DNA of 64,000 bases from Eledone cirrhosa (taxonomy: Eukaryota): positions 88,846,001 to 88,910,000 of the forward strand of contig OZ024740.1 in the NCBI GenBank assembly GCA_964016885.1, in the 5' to 3' direction. A model generated the notes under the pieces. It was given only the letters and a program-made list of their open reading frames with translations. It was not told where the DNA came from and ran no database searches. The position numbers and the translations under genes were made by a program. Shown here in pieces: positions 44,591-60,118 of the stretch (the first letter of the stretch is position 1; each line of letters begins with the position of its first letter).

Positions 44591-45879
44591 TGTATGTATG
44601 CATGTGTGTATGTAACATTATGTAGGTTTGTTGTGTGTGTGCCTGCATGTGTGTGTGTGCGTGTAAGTGTGTGTATGTGTGTAAGTGGGCGCGCGTGTGA
44701 ATGTGTTTGTCGACACCTGGAATATATATTAAGAGAAACTTCACTATAGGAGGTTCACCCCAACACTTTAATCTCTTGATGGAACCTTTTCTGTCTTTAT
44801 CACCCTCATTTTAGCCTTAAAGAATTAGCTTTTAAAGACTATCCCTTTTCTTTAAATCATTGAACCCCACCCATCGTGTAGACACCTGTCTTACAGGCAT
44901 TGTTACTTTAAGTGATAAACAAGTATTGGTATTCCAATTTTGAACTTGTTTACAGTATTGTTTCTGTCTTTGTTAATATTATAGCTTTAAAGGATTAGCT
45001 TTTAATGTATCCTCTTTCTTTAATTCCCTCAACCAATGACCTACACCCATCCCACTCCCCACCCTCTCCTACCACCAGATAAGGAAAGCATATATATTAC
45101 CATTTACTTGGACAGCCAGCGTTCTGGTGATTTCTCATGAATGAAACTGTTCTAGTCCTGTAGAAGCTCTTCTATATTAAATCTCTCTCTCTCTATATAT
45201 ATATACACTAAATATATTTAGTATGTGCATGCCAAACACAAATTTTCTTCCTTTACTACTTGTTATCATTCAGAACCACTTTACATACATTCTATACATA
45301 AATTGTACAAATTTAAGTATTTTTCTGGGTATGCTGCACGAGTAGTTCGTGCATACACTATTTTACATGCATATGAAAAGGTACATCTCTATCGAAGATA
45401 TCATACGTGTTTGCCGAAAGAATACTTACCAAATGCAGGTTATTTACATATTCATGCAAAACACTGCGCAAAGAATAATGATTCATGCTATATTCATTCA
45501 AAGATACATACATACATACATATATACATAAATACATACATACTCATATACATAGATACATACAAACATACATGTTTATACATACATGTACATACACACA
45601 CACATACACGTAGATATATATATATATACATACGTACATACATACAAACATACATAAATACATACGTATTCATATACATTACATGCATACATACTCACCA
45701 CTTCCATTTACTATTACTACAGGCAACCAGTTAAGTAATGTCTGAATAGAAATTGTGCATGCATATATCGTAAAACCTCCCTATATACGAGTATTCACAT
45801 TTACTCACCATTGGTTAAATTATCTACTCTATATATATTGCCATAGATATTCTTTATAGTTCGGGTACTTCTTATTGCT

Positions 45880-46760
45880 CACTTGGCTCAGAGGAGGACA
45901 TAATTATGAACTTAACCCATCATTTCTTTGTGGATGACCTGAAATTCTATGCCAAGATCATAAATGGGATGAAGAAAAATCTTGACCTGGTTACAACATT
46001 CTCAAAGCATATATGAATGGAGTTTGGCCAAGATATATGTTCATATATGATTGTAAAGCGGGGAAAAACTACAAACCAATCTAACAAAATTTTTATCAAT
46101 GGCCTAACTGTTTCACCGATATCTGACGAGGACTGTTACACATACCTGAGGATAGATGAGAATATATCCTATAATGATATTTGTAATAAGGAATGCGTAA
46201 CCAGGGAATATTACAATATTAAGAAATATATTGTCATCGGAAGACTCTGCGCACAATAAAAGAATGGCTTACAATGTGTTTGCTGCGCCTGTCCTAATAC
46301 CAACGTTTGGAATACTCGAATGGACGAGAGACGAATCCGATTAATTGACGTTAAAACTCGAAAAATCCTAAAAATTACCGGAAAATTTCACATCCTCAAT
46401 GACATAGACTGCCTCTACTTGAAACGTAAGCAGGGAGGCAGAGGGCTAACAACAGTCCAGACAACATTTGAATGTCGCATCATAACCCTGCGACAACATT
46501 TACGAATCTCCAAACGTAGCAGCCCATCTACTCAGCAAGTCTGTCTGCATAATATAGATAAGATCATGGGAGTGGGGAAGGAACTCCTTGAAAGTTACTC
46601 TTTGCATGATAATCAAAAGCTCACACCTAGGGAAATGTCACAGGAGCACCGCAGCGAATCCATGGATGAAAAGCTGCATGCTTATCAGCAAAAGGACATG
46701 CATGGATATGTTGCCAGGAAGCTTCAGAGTGAGAGTAATATAGATGGTAATTTTCCAGGT
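45880..46760 (+). mobile_element. R4/Dong-clade non-LTR retrotransposon RT fragment
   Basis: HHFFVDDLKFYA, MEFGQD.CS, YTYL.IDE, IDVKTRKIL..G.FH..DIDCLYLKRKQGGRGL; stops and frameshifts. Confidence 0.8.
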
Positions 46761-47574
46761 AAGCTGCCATGTAAGCACTTTCTAAACTGCAGACTGACTT
46801 TCGTTGCAATATTTGTCTAAGTGAGACATTATTGATTGTATTTAAATATGAAACAGCTTAAACGAAGTCTCAGAAATGGTAGATTTTTCTAGACATAATT
46901 AGAATTTCTTAGCTAATGTATTATCAACTGGCAGATTCATAAAAACTGGGATATCACGACATATTTTATACCTAAACACAATAAGATATATCGCTCGAAC
47001 TGTTTTATGTTATACAATTGTCAACAGAAATATAATTTTTATACATTATATCATATTTCAAATTTCCCTCTGGAGAGAATTAGCTCATACATTTCAAGCG
47101 AAAAAAAGAAGGAAGTAGCGGATGAGAGAAAAACAAGAAAGAAACTAAGGTAATGAGAAATAGAAAAATAGAAACAGTGCGTATCTGCTTGAGTGAAGTA
47201 AGTTTAAAATATAATGTCTTCCTTTTGCGTTCTATTTAACACACATTTATGAATGAATTATATTTTGAGATATATTAAATCTCAGATCTTTTACCTCATC
47301 TATAAGTTACTCGTACTCGACATCTTTCAATTAATCTATTTCATCTATTTAGGCATTCCGTTAATTTTTGTCATATATATTTAGTAATTTTATGAAACTC
47401 AAACAAATACCGTTATTTTGAATTTAATCGTTTGGGTGTACTTCAATTAATTTGTTATATACAAGCATCCAATGAAAGGCATTGTGTTGTCGCGTTGATT
47501 ATTCATATTACCCTACTTATAAGCGCATATGCACACTCATACAGAAACGCACGCACACACGTACACACACACAT

Positions 47575-47606
<32 letters not shown>

Positions 47607-47607
<1 letters not shown>

Positions 47608-47805
47608 AGAAGAAAAAGAAGAAGAAGAAGAAGAAGAAGAAGTGAAGGAGGAGGATGAGAATGAGAAGGCCGAGGAGGAGGAGGAGGAGGAGGAGGAGAA
47701 GAAGAAGAAGAAGAAGAAGAAAAAGAAGAAGAAGAAGAAGAAGAAGAAGAAGAAGAAGAAGAAGAAGAAGAAGAAGAAGAAGAAGAAGAAGAAAAAGAAG
47801 AAGAA
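47607..47805. repeat. (GAA)n/(GAG)n microsatellite
   Basis: Direct reading. Confidence 0.95.
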
Positions 47806-47959
47806 ATTTCGCTTACATGCCGAGTATATATCTTTTTATTCTTTATTTAGTCTCGCACTTTTACTTGTATTTCGCAGTCGATTGACTCAAGTCACGCATT
47901 GAAGACATGGACCCATCTCCAGAATCGACCTTCTCGTCAGACTATATTTTAAGTAATAT

Positions 47960-48645
47960 ATTCCAGTATGGCTGGAATGAAAATTAGAAACATTCGTCCT
48001 CTCAAGGAAGACTGCACAGTGCACCTTACAAATGAATGGAGTTCCACTGAAGGAGCTAGATAAGTTCACGTATCTCGGGGCCCTGTTCAGGGCTGATAGA
48101 AGGTAGGAGGCTGAATTAAGTTCAAGAATTGCAGTAGCTTGTGCAGTAATGCGCCAAATTCCGCATTCCGTAATCATAGCCAAACTCGCTATCATCAATT
48201 CGATATTCATACCAACCCTTAACTATGGTTGTGAAACATAGGGAATGGCCGAAAGAATACGATCGCGAATAAAAGCGGTCGTAATGGGGTTCATCGGAAG
48301 GTGTAACGTTACTTGATAGAGTATGTAACTCGGAGATCAGAGAGTTACTCCATGTAGAGCTGCTACTTTTCCGAATTGAGATGTCACAGCTCCGACACTA
48401 TGGTTAGAATGCCTCAGGAAAGAATCTCTTGATAGATTTTACTTGCAAAACCACCTGGCAGGAACATCTGTGGTAGACCACTAGAAAGATGGTTAGATAA
48501 CATCAATGAGCTGGGATGGTCTCACTTAGTGATTCAGCTGGATCAGTTGCAGAGAGTTGCTTCTGACAGGACCAACTAGAATGAGTGTTTGAGGACTTTG
48601 CTCCCATGAAATTCTCATGAAATAAGTGGAGGCAGAAGAACCAGA
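47960..48645 (+). mobile_element. RTE-clade LINE 3' fragment
   Basis: CTLQMNGVPLKELDKFTYLGALF..ELSSRIA..SIFIPTL.YGCET; homologous to the 8720 and 30565 copies. Confidence 0.78.
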
Positions 48646-48842
48646 AGATACACACATACACACACACACAAACACACACACACATATATATATATACATA
48701 TATACATATTTAATGATATTAAATGGAAACTAATTAAATAGCCCTTAAATATCCAACAAATTAAATACCCCTTCTACTTATACATATATAATCACCCACC
48801 CACCCACATATATACATATATATATAAGCATATATATATATA

Positions 48843-48901
<59 letters not shown>

Positions 48902-48935
48902 TTCTAAAGAATGAAGCAGTTCTAGTCCTGTAGAA

Positions 48936-48978
<43 letters not shown>

Positions 48979-50132
48979 TACAACCATACATACATATGTG
49001 TGTGTGTAAGAGAGAAACAAAGAAAGAGTAAGTGTATGAAGTACGATAATTGAAAGACAGTTGTGTGTGTTGAATATCACGTCTACAGCGCCGCTTGTAA
49101 TTTAAAACATACAGGAGTCCTGATGCAATACAACCAAGACTGAATCAAATAATCATTCTCAAATAGTTGTTTACAAATACTAATACACTCACACACACAC
49201 ACACATATATATATAGAAATAAATCCCGCCCCTATATATATCATATGTATATACATATAATCGTGTTGTGAGAGATTTTTAGTAATGATATTTTACTCTC
49301 TAACTATATGTTCTCTCCTAATTTACTTTACAATTTTTTTGCAAATATACATCTAAGAATGATTATTTAAATTATTCGACTGTATTTTGAATCATGCATT
49401 CCACACTATAACAAAACTCCCACAAAAATATTAACAACGTTGACTTGATATATATATATAATCACGGTGTTGTAGTAAAATCATTGGGGTATGTAAATTG
49501 ATATTCAGTGTTTTGTTATTTGCCTTTCTTCCTTATGGACTCGATACAATAAAGCATAATCGATTAAGTGGATTATTGTAGATGCAACTATGTTGAGAAA
49601 CGAATTCTTATCAGTTTCAATAAATATTCGACGAAAAGGTATACAACATGAAGGCTAGATTCCACAACTTATTTAATTAGGCTATTTCCATACATACGCC
49701 TTTCTGTGGTGAAACGTTTCCGTCGCGATATGATGATGTATTCCATAACGTGCCTTCTTCAGATGGCACATTATAAAATTCATATGTAAATCACTGCAAT
49801 GCATTGATATAGTGACATACATTTGGAAAATCAACATCAAATATAGGTCTGTCTCCATATCAATACATTACAGTAACGTATGTATAGATTAAAAAGGGAT
49901 TATGCAATGTGACATCTGAAGTCGGTCTGGAAATTGTTGTATCCATTTCAATAGAAAATACGTACCAAAATAAATATAAAAATAAAATCCAGCCTTCGTA
50001 TTATATTAATTTTGCATTTAGCTTCATCCTGCTCAACTCATACAATAACATATCTATCTAAATTGGTAGAAGACACGTGCTTCGAAGGGTCTTTCTTTAT
50101 ATTACTAGTGTTTTCCTGATGGGAGCAACACA

Positions 50133-50345
<213 letters not shown>

Positions 50346-50399
50346 TATGTATAAAGTAATAATAATAATATTTATACTTATATATGTTTAATATACAGT

Positions 50400-51262
50400 T
50401 ATAAATAGGAAAGGTACAACCCAATATACTAGTTACCAAAACAAAGGTAATTGTAAACCTAATAGAACATGCCCATTAAGTAAGAAATGACTTATTAAAG
50501 ACATTATCTACTGCTAATCATACTTCGAATGTCTATATCGTTTCAAAATAGAATAGCTTTAAGACAAGATATAATTCGCACCTCAATTCGTTCAGACACC
50601 CTAGACTTAGTAATGTAACTTCACTATCCACATACGTACACTCATTAAAATCAAGTAATATACCATACACCTTAGAATGGGAAGTGATAGTTAAGGCCCC
50701 TTCATATCAATCACCTAATAAATTTTATAACCATCCTCGAGTCTCTTATTCCTTCTAATCTTAACCTGCTAAATAGAAAATCACAGATCTTTTCCACGTG
50801 TCCACATTACCACAGATTTTCTTTCTACTACTTCAAACCAAGTAGCTGATATAAAATAATGCCGGAAATGATACTAGACTACTATCTTTAAATTTATCTC
50901 ATTAGATGTTTGCAATTATATAACTACATCTTAACTGAAACAAACCACACCAACCTACAACCTGTCCGATATTCCTTCTTGGTTATCAAATTATAACCAT
51001 TAGCCACACATATATATATTATAAGCCCCTTCTTTGCTCTCTCTCCTAATACAATTCTAATTTTTCTTAATAACCAAATAAATAAATAATTTAGACACCC
51101 TGATATACTCTCAATACTTACTTCTAAAATAATATATAACACTAATTAAATAGCTGACAACAGAGTATTAATTACTCCATTATATATTATATAAATCCCT
51201 ATCTTGTTATGAAAAAATGTTAATCTCTCTGCACAATCTGAATATATATATACATATATTCT

Positions 51263-51295
<33 letters not shown>

Positions 51296-52474
51296 TTATA
51301 TTTTATATGTATATATATATATTATATGAATCACTATCTTGTTATAAAAACTTTTTTAACTCTCTCCACACAATCTGAATAGATAAGAATAACAAACAAC
51401 TTTTATATATAATTAATTAATAATCATTAATAATATTCTATAATTTATAAATATTAATCTATAAAAAGAAAATCCATTTACAATAATAAAACAACCCTTA
51501 GTTTATCAACGAATCTAATACTTCCTTAATTACCTCCCTTTGTTATTAACTACCCTGGATAATATCGCTTCCTTTACTCTTAAATTCATAACGTTAAAAC
51601 AATTTAATGACTTCTGAACCACATAATAACTATCAATGGAACTCGCACATAAATCAAACTCTAATATTCCTTAATAGAAAGTTTAAAGATAGGAATGCAT
51701 AGTACAATATATTTACTATAACAACATGGCCAGTAACTCATTGGAATTTATCTTTACCAAACGCATATGTTTAAACTATACACATCTCAGAAACATTACA
51801 TCTAAAACTAAGAAATTTCCATGGTTAATACATTTGTGTTACACCCAACATATACATCTATATACGAACTCCAATATTAACATTCTTGAATGAAAATTAC
51901 CAATCTAATTTAATCAAGTGCTTTGCATTACATTTCACATAACATACATCCATTTTATCGCCACATTTCTCTCTACCATGTAGCACGCCATTTAAAAAAT
52001 GTTAACCATTTCCAACACTTGCAACATGCTTTTACATTCTACATGAATTATGCGTGTTTCAGTTAGAATAAAACTCTCACCTCATACATGCCTTTATTAA
52101 TTATATTGACTCTTGCATTATATACCCTTAACATTACCTGATTTCCAATGCTATGATATCTTTTTTTGCTTGTACCTTTTGCACATATATTACCTTAAAC
52201 ATTATCTTTTTATACATAATATGCTTAATCTTTCACTTTTCACCACTGCTCCTTGTAATTGTGTTTTCTGAAGCATAACATTCTGTTTTAACTTCCGATT
52301 TCCTATATGATGTCTATGACACTGGCAACAGTTATGTATCTACCTAAATGTTCAGAAGACTAGGATTTAAATCACCTCTTTAAACATTCTCTATGCTCCA
52401 ATGATGCAGATATCCCCCTGGAAGAAACAATTGTCAGCAAATATATGTACTAAACTAAGATTTGATTGTTTTAA

Positions 52475-52475
<1 letters not shown>
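50400..52475 (+). mobile_element. Decayed Naiad-like PLE 3' end: EN remnant, long AT-rich UTR, degenerate HHR (52394-52439)
   Basis: [56 protein letters not shown]; TGCT-CCAATGA..CAG..CTG..GAAA-CAATTG-TC-AGCA near the TA flank. Continuity of the UTR is inferred. Confidence 0.65.
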
Positions 52476-52560
<85 letters not shown>

Positions 52561-52562
<2 letters not shown>

Positions 52563-54900
52563 TATTAAGTTGTTAAACAATATTCGATGATTATGTCAAA
52601 GAATGAGTTTTACAGCTTCGGTCGCAGTTAAAACACCAATTGCAAAACTATTCTTTAAAGCTCTTGACACCTCTTTCCCTACTCAACATAAATACCATTC
52701 CATTTTTAATAGACATACCATTAAATTCGCAAATTCTACAACCAGTAACATGGCCCCAAAGATCGCCAAATTAAACGCCAAAATCTAAAAACCAAACCAA
52801 CATAATGATCATAATAACAGAGTTAACATTAATGTTACTAAACCAAATTGTAATTGTAGAAATAAAAGTAATTGCCCTTTGCAAAATAATTATTTAGATA
52901 GTAATTTGGTTTATAAATGCACCGTAAAAACTGACCATAAAACATACAATTACATTGGATCAACCTCGTCCACATTCAAACTTCGTTTCGCGACCCATAA
53001 ATGCTCATTCGCGAACTCTAAGAAGAAATCATCCACGTCTTTATCACAGCTCATATGGTCTTTAAAAGAGAAACATCTGGAATACTCCCTTCTTTGGACA
53101 AAACTTCGGAACTGTGGAATTTACCGCAACTCTAGTATATCAAATAACTGCCCACTCTGTACAATGGAGACCCTGTTGATTATTAATATTTATGAGACTT
53201 TTATTAACAAAAAAAGTGAATTATTCTCGAATTGCCTCCATAAAGCTATGTCCACTTTTTAAGCCTCACATAAAACGAGAAAGAAAGAACCAATAACAAC
53301 TCGGTTACCAGGAATATATAATCAACAGTAAAAAAACATCAATGGCTTTTAATATTGCTTTATTTTATAAATATCTATAGGAAAAACAACGTTAGAATGA
53401 ATGACAATATTTCAATTAGCCTGCCTAAACATTGATACACACAACTTTATTTGTTAACTTTGATCAACACCATCATTTATCTATAATTTAGTACATTACA
53501 TAATCCTTACATATCTATTGAATTTATTTAACTGTGAATTTTTAATACATTTGTAATCTATTTTAAATTTTAGTTTTAATACCCAATTCAAAAATGTTTA
53601 TGAAACTTATCTATAACTCCAAATGTTTAATAACTTTTTGATTTATAATATAATATAGCATATATTTCTTTTAAATATACTTACTGCACTATAAAATCTA
53701 AATTTGAGACGGATTCAAACTTATATATAAATGTGAATTTTTCGCTGTACTTTCGATCTCTTATTTATTTATTTATTTATAATATAATGTAGTTATTTAT
53801 CGTATTTTATATATTTTTAAATATTTTTAAATATACCTACCATACTTCTATATACATAATTCAAATATAGAGAAAATATCCAAACTAAAAAAAATATTAT
53901 AGACATTATTTTGAACTTTATACATGCACTCATTGTTCGTTTTTCTTATATGTATATATATATATATTTAAATGTGACACGTTGTTAGGAGTATAACTGC
54001 TATCATTTACCTAAAGTATACTACATTAATAATACCTAATATATATCTATATATATACATCCCTATATCTAATAATATGTTGATATCTTGGTTAAAGAAT
54101 AATTAGTACATTTACACCCAATTATACATATGTATACATTTTATCCGTAACATATTATTTTATTTTATTTTTATCTTCGTCGGTATTATTTACCTTATAC
54201 ATACTGACTCATTAATATATACCTATATACATAATAGTTATTCAAATATTTATAACAATAAGTACTTCAAAAGCTTTACATACCTAATATGTTGAGATAT
54301 TTGTTAAAGTTTAGATTTAGGTATAATATTTCATTCTTTACGTGCCAGCTACATCATTTAAAATGTTATTCTCACAATTCAGAAGTTTAGAAATGATAAC
54401 AGACTTATCGAATTTATATAAATAATATATAAATAAATAGCAAATAATCCTGAAATCTGGAGTCTTCACATTAACATTATAAATTAAATATTTTCAAAGT
54501 CTAACCGTTTAACTTTCGACCCCCCCCCCCACACTTTATATTTCCCTCTTTATAAATCTTTTCCAGTGGCTATCACTGGCTGTTATGATTCATGAGACGT
54601 TTCCCTAGATATATTGTAATATCATACAATTTAAAATGTTAGAACATTTTTGGTATGCAACGTTTTTTCTTACTCACACACTCTCTAATGAAATCATTAC
54701 GTTTTCGCACTCTCACACAGATATTATATGAGTAACATTTTCTATCGGATAATCACTACCTTGATTAAATCTTAAACATTTAACATCTCAGGGTATGTCA
54801 TGTATCATTATATATTGTCTGATGAGGACGTACTGTTGTACATCTGAAATATGTATAATAAAATGTAATTGATCAAAAGAACATTTATTTTATTAATACT
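52561..54900 (+). mobile_element. 5'-truncated Naiad-like PLE: linker + GIY-YIG (52603-53262), about 1.6-kb UTR, terminal HHR
   Basis: FPTQHKYHSIFNRHTIK..CNCRNKSNCPL..LVYKC..YIGSTSSTFKLRFATH..TSLSQLIW..CPLC..E..NKKSELFSNCLH with one in-frame TAA; (TA)n on both sides. Confidence 0.85.
54813..54860 (+). ncRNA. Minimal hammerhead (possible extra U before the core)
   Basis: TATTG-T-CTGATGA-GGACGTAC-TGTT-GTACATCT-GAAA-TATG-TA-TAATA. Confidence 0.65.
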
Positions 54901-54905
54901 TATAT

Positions 54906-54943
<38 letters not shown>

Positions 54944-55039
54944 TTCCATATATATAAGCGTCTATATATATATATATATATATTGGTATATACATATAGG
55001 TGTGTGTGTGTGTATGTATGCGTGTAATACACACACAAA

Positions 55040-55121
<82 letters not shown>

Positions 55122-55374
55122 CATATAAAGAGAAAACTCTGGCTGTATATGGCATTAAGGTTACTTAGTTCATATCTGATTTAAGGAATATATTAGCAGG
55201 GTATTCAAAATGCCTACTGTATATAGTTAACATATCTTCAACTTATCTCAAAAACACGCGTATCCCGTTAAAGTGCTTCCATATTTTATTCTCCTTACAT
55301 TACAATATTCAAGAGCAAATCGATAAGATGATACTCCCTCAGTTGTGGAAGTATTTAATATTCATGATCTAATG

Positions 55375-55418
<44 letters not shown>

Positions 55419-55815
55419 ATATATATATATATGTGTGTGTATATAATTATGTATAGATGTACATACATTTCTATACACAGCCATATTTCCTCATATATGT
55501 TATTTACACACTCATATATGCTATTTACACATGCGCATATATATATATATATAAACATATTTATGTACGCACGCGTATATGTGTAAATATATATATATAT
55601 TTATGTAAATATATATGTATGCATTTTCATATTACGACGTGCTTATTCATATAATCTTTCCTTACTGCATAACATACAGCAGCCCATCAATATAGTAACA
55701 CTGAACACAGCCACACATATACAAGTGCGCACACATAAATGTGTGCGTGTCTGCGTATATATATACATACAAACATATGTATATATACGTGTTTATGTGT
55801 ATGTATTGGTCTGTG

Positions 55816-55953
<138 letters not shown>

Positions 55954-58762
55954 CATATATATATATATATGGGGGGGGGGGTATAAATATACACTCGATC
56001 ACTAGAAAATATGAACTATCACCATCAATAAAAGTTACATTTTCCATGATGTCAATAATATGAACATAGATATAAATGAAATGCCGATTGATGGTCAATA
56101 TCTAAAACAAACCGTCTCCAGCTTTGCAGAATCTGACATCTTAAAATGAAACAGCTGGTTGAGAAAATAACCCCGCTTTGCACACAGTGATAGGTCAAGC
56201 TTCTGAGAAACATCGGCTTGCCTCATAATAAACAATTTGCCGTCTAGCTAGAAGTTCTAAGGCCAACTAAAATTATTGCTTTCCAACAGAATCTGTAGAC
56301 ATCGATCCAAATGAGCAAAATTTCTATCGATTCTTGTATTCGTCACAGCAATAAATCGCTAATAATATCAAACTGCATCAGAATTTACAAAAAGAACAGT
56401 TTAATACAACGAAATATACGGATTCCAAGTTTAACTACAGAAATTCTAGTGTCTAATTTCGGGTATAGAATAAAGATAACCAATTATAAATTTCTCTACC
56501 TATAATATATTGGAATTATAAACGAATTTTTTTTTACATTACTTTTAATAACAGTACTTAATGTTCGAAGAGAAGTCATCTTATCATTCCAAAAATGGGT
56601 ATTTTGAATAAAGAACTATAAATGATTATGGAAAAGGGAATTGTAAAGATCTTTTCAATGTAGATAAAAATGGTTTCCATGACTGACAAAAGAAGATTAA
56701 TATTTAATCTTCTTAATGAATAGAATATTCCGAACGATATTAAATACTGGTCAAAGTCTGAATCATAGGCTGAATAGAATGATCTACACAATATCTCAGT
56801 AATATCTCATAAAACAGAACTAACTAAAAATATTAGTAAGAGATCTCATCTAAAGAGTAAAAGTGATCACCCACATACATCTGCATATGCGTATATAAAT
56901 ACAAACGTTCATCCTTATACACATATACATATATATATATATTTAACTACCTCACAGTAAAGCCAATGATTCAAATTCAGCGAAGTTATTTTGATACACC
57001 AAACGCTTAGCATGATGATGATGAGGTGGATGAGGAGGCGTAGAAAGAAAACAAAGATGATGATAATAATCCTCCTTCTTCTACCCCGTTCATTATTGAT
57101 ACAAGTGTGCGTTAAAATAGTAGGATCATATGTCAGTTGAATTAGGTGCAGCGTGGTGCGTATAAATTAGACCCTACAGTGTTATAGAAATATGAATTTT
57201 ATTTCGCTGACTGTTTATTATTTTATGTATCCATTTATTTTTCGAATCGATCATCAAGTTCTCAAGTATTTATCGCTTACCGTGTGGGGTGGAACTCGTA
57301 AATTCGAACAAAATAAGCGATGTTTCCTTTCGATTTTCAATTGCGATACTATATACTGTTCGCAACTCCTGGCAGAAAGAACAAGGTGAAATAACATGTC
57401 TTCCTCAAGGACAAAATGTATCTACCGGTACACACACAATCTCACGATTAAAAATCCCATTCTCTCGCCAGTTAGCCACTCGCCATAACTATTCAGAATG
57501 TAATGAACAATTTAGTTTGGTGCTTCTTACAAAATGCTCCGTACTCTTTATTTATCCGAGACGTTTATAAATTTATAATCCATTTAATATCTACAGTTGG
57601 ACATTACAGTGCCGAATTCATATCATTTGAACTCTTCATGAAATGAATCAGCATCATATATATTGTACCACAAAGTGGCGTTCTGTGTGATGATACAACC
57701 TGTGAGAAACAGCAACCAACACTCTTTTGAATTAAACACATCAGTCGAAAATAAAAAAATAAAAAAGGTATGAGTTTTCCGAAGAATAATAGGATAGAAA
57801 ATCGATTGTCATGGCTAGAACGCCTTTGATTATATATTTGGTCCAATAACGTTGACGTGAGTTAAACAACAGCAGCTTTGTGAAGTTTGATTTTCTCTTG
57901 TGCTGTTGGAATTTATTGATAGAATCGTTAAAGTGGTGGGGAAATGGCTTGCACTATTGAATTCCGACCTTATTAGATGCTGATTTCACTTGTTTCTTTG
58001 CCTTTCATGTTTCAGGAAAGGATAAAATTAATAAATTGTCATTTATAAAGATCGATATAATCGATTGATAATTGTACCTTCGCGGCTTCTTTGGGGAAGT
58101 GACTACGATCGGGAATTTCAAACGAAACCTCTTAGTTCTATTTGCGCTTTAAGGACTAAAGGGTGAATCAGTATGGAAACCGTACAGATGACATTATTTA
58201 CGTGACCTAGATTGTATTAGCTTTAAACCACATAGCATTGGAACTATGAAACAATGGTACACACAGCCTATAATTAATGGAATATTTTGTATCTCCGTCA
58301 TAATCTCAGACACAAAACTATAGAATATATACATTCTCTCAATGGTCATAATATATACGCTATCGGTAGAAGATAGCTACTCTGTTCATGAAGAGCTCTT
58401 TCTTTGTATTACATGTAATTTCTTTTATGATTATATTAATATTTTTGTTATCTTCGTATGTAAGCTTACAGATGTAATGTGATAATAGGTTTATAATAGT
58501 GACAGGCCATGAATATAACTGCTAGTGTTCGCACAGAAACTTCGTATACTAAAGAAAATAGATATATTTCTTACGTTCCTGCGTGCAATATCTATTAATG
58601 GTTTCTTTTGCGTTGTAAGCATTATGTTTTTAGTTGATGTTTTTTTTATTGTTGCTGTTGTATACTATTCTACACATTTCTCGTCTTAACTGATTTTCGT
58701 ATATGTCTTCTGCCATTTTTCCCCACACCCACATACACATATAGTTATATACATATATGAAT

Positions 58763-58862
<100 letters not shown>

Positions 58863-59488
58863 ATGTGTGTGTGTGTGTATGTATATGTAAGTATATATAT
58901 AAAAATATATGGATTGATGAATATTTGTGCTTATAAACAAAGAAGGACGTATATAATTCGTATAGTGAGATTCGTCTTTCATTAGGAAATTAAAAAGATA
59001 CAACTTCATGTTATATATATACTACGCACCTAGATTCATTTATACATTCTCATATGCATATATATATATAATTGTATATATATATATGTGTGTGTGTGTG
59101 TTTACATATAGTGTATTGTTGGGCCTAAAAATATTGTTGCCAGGAGATGAAGGGTGTCCACCTACATATGGAATGGTATCATATCATTTTTATAATGAAT
59201 AAATAACATATTCGAAAAATACATAAGTGGAGACAAAACAGTTCAATCAAATTTTTGCGGAATAATATCTTACTTTCTCGAATAAAAAAATATTATGTAT
59301 TTTGCGAAATCCAGATACTTTCAATAATGACCTTTGGTCTTTCACACTCATTCAATATATATATTAAGTCCAGATGCATCACTGATTTTTCGTTTTCTTT
59401 ATACTATCTACACTCTACTCTGCTGAATATCGAGTGCTAATTTTGCCATACCACATATGGAAGCACCACCATACCTACCATTATACAC

Positions 59489-59529
<41 letters not shown>

Positions 59530-59559
59530 ATGACCAGAAGTCAACCCTAAATATTACTA

Positions 59560-59935
59560 ATAGCTCTAGGACATTCTTGAATGACACTACATCTTTTAAC
59601 TTTGATTTTGAAAGTAGGTTTATAATTATCAATTTTCATTATACTTTTGTAGCGGTCTCGGTAGCCTAGCTGGTGGAATCAAAGGCGGTAATGATCTTGG
59701 TCGGCAGTAGTGTTCCCGGTTAGCCTTTTCAGTTTTTTCCTATTTGTTGTAAAATAAAAACTGAAAGTTTACATGTACTTCTTGACTAGGATTGAACCCG
59801 AAGCCAAGATCTCTAGTACCTACTGCTAGGCTACAGAGACAACTACGGTAATCTACTGAAAATTCATACTTATAAACCTACTTTCAAAATTGTCAAAAAA
59901 GTGTTGTGGTGTCATTCATGTCTTTCTTAATGTTA
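59560..59935. mobile_element. Diverged inverted repeat with tRNA-like segment
   Basis: 59578-59670 is inverted at 59825-59918; - strand 59782-59842 reads GTCTCTGTAGCCTAGCAGTAGG..GGGTTCAATCCTAG (A/B-box-like). Confidence 0.55.
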
Positions 59936-60118
59936 TTGCTCCGACTTAACCATTTGGTTGTTTCATAAACTTCTAAATCATTTGGGTGTTCCATAAACAA
60001 GATCTTCGTTTCGTTTCTCATCTATCTAGAGAATATTTTAACCTGTAATCGATGTTTCATTTCGGTTCCACCTCATTCTCCCCTCTCATCTCTCTCTCTC
60101 TCTTCCTCTCTCTTTCTG

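Noticed and set aside
45125-45175. CTGGTGA..GAAA-CT..AG-TC (relative at about 48897)
   Set aside because: Core mutated and no adjacent stem I; probably a decayed HHR but not supportable.
57608-57699. Candidate 92-nt exon on the - strand with AG/GT boundaries
   Set aside because: No recognisable protein similarity; needs RNA-seq.
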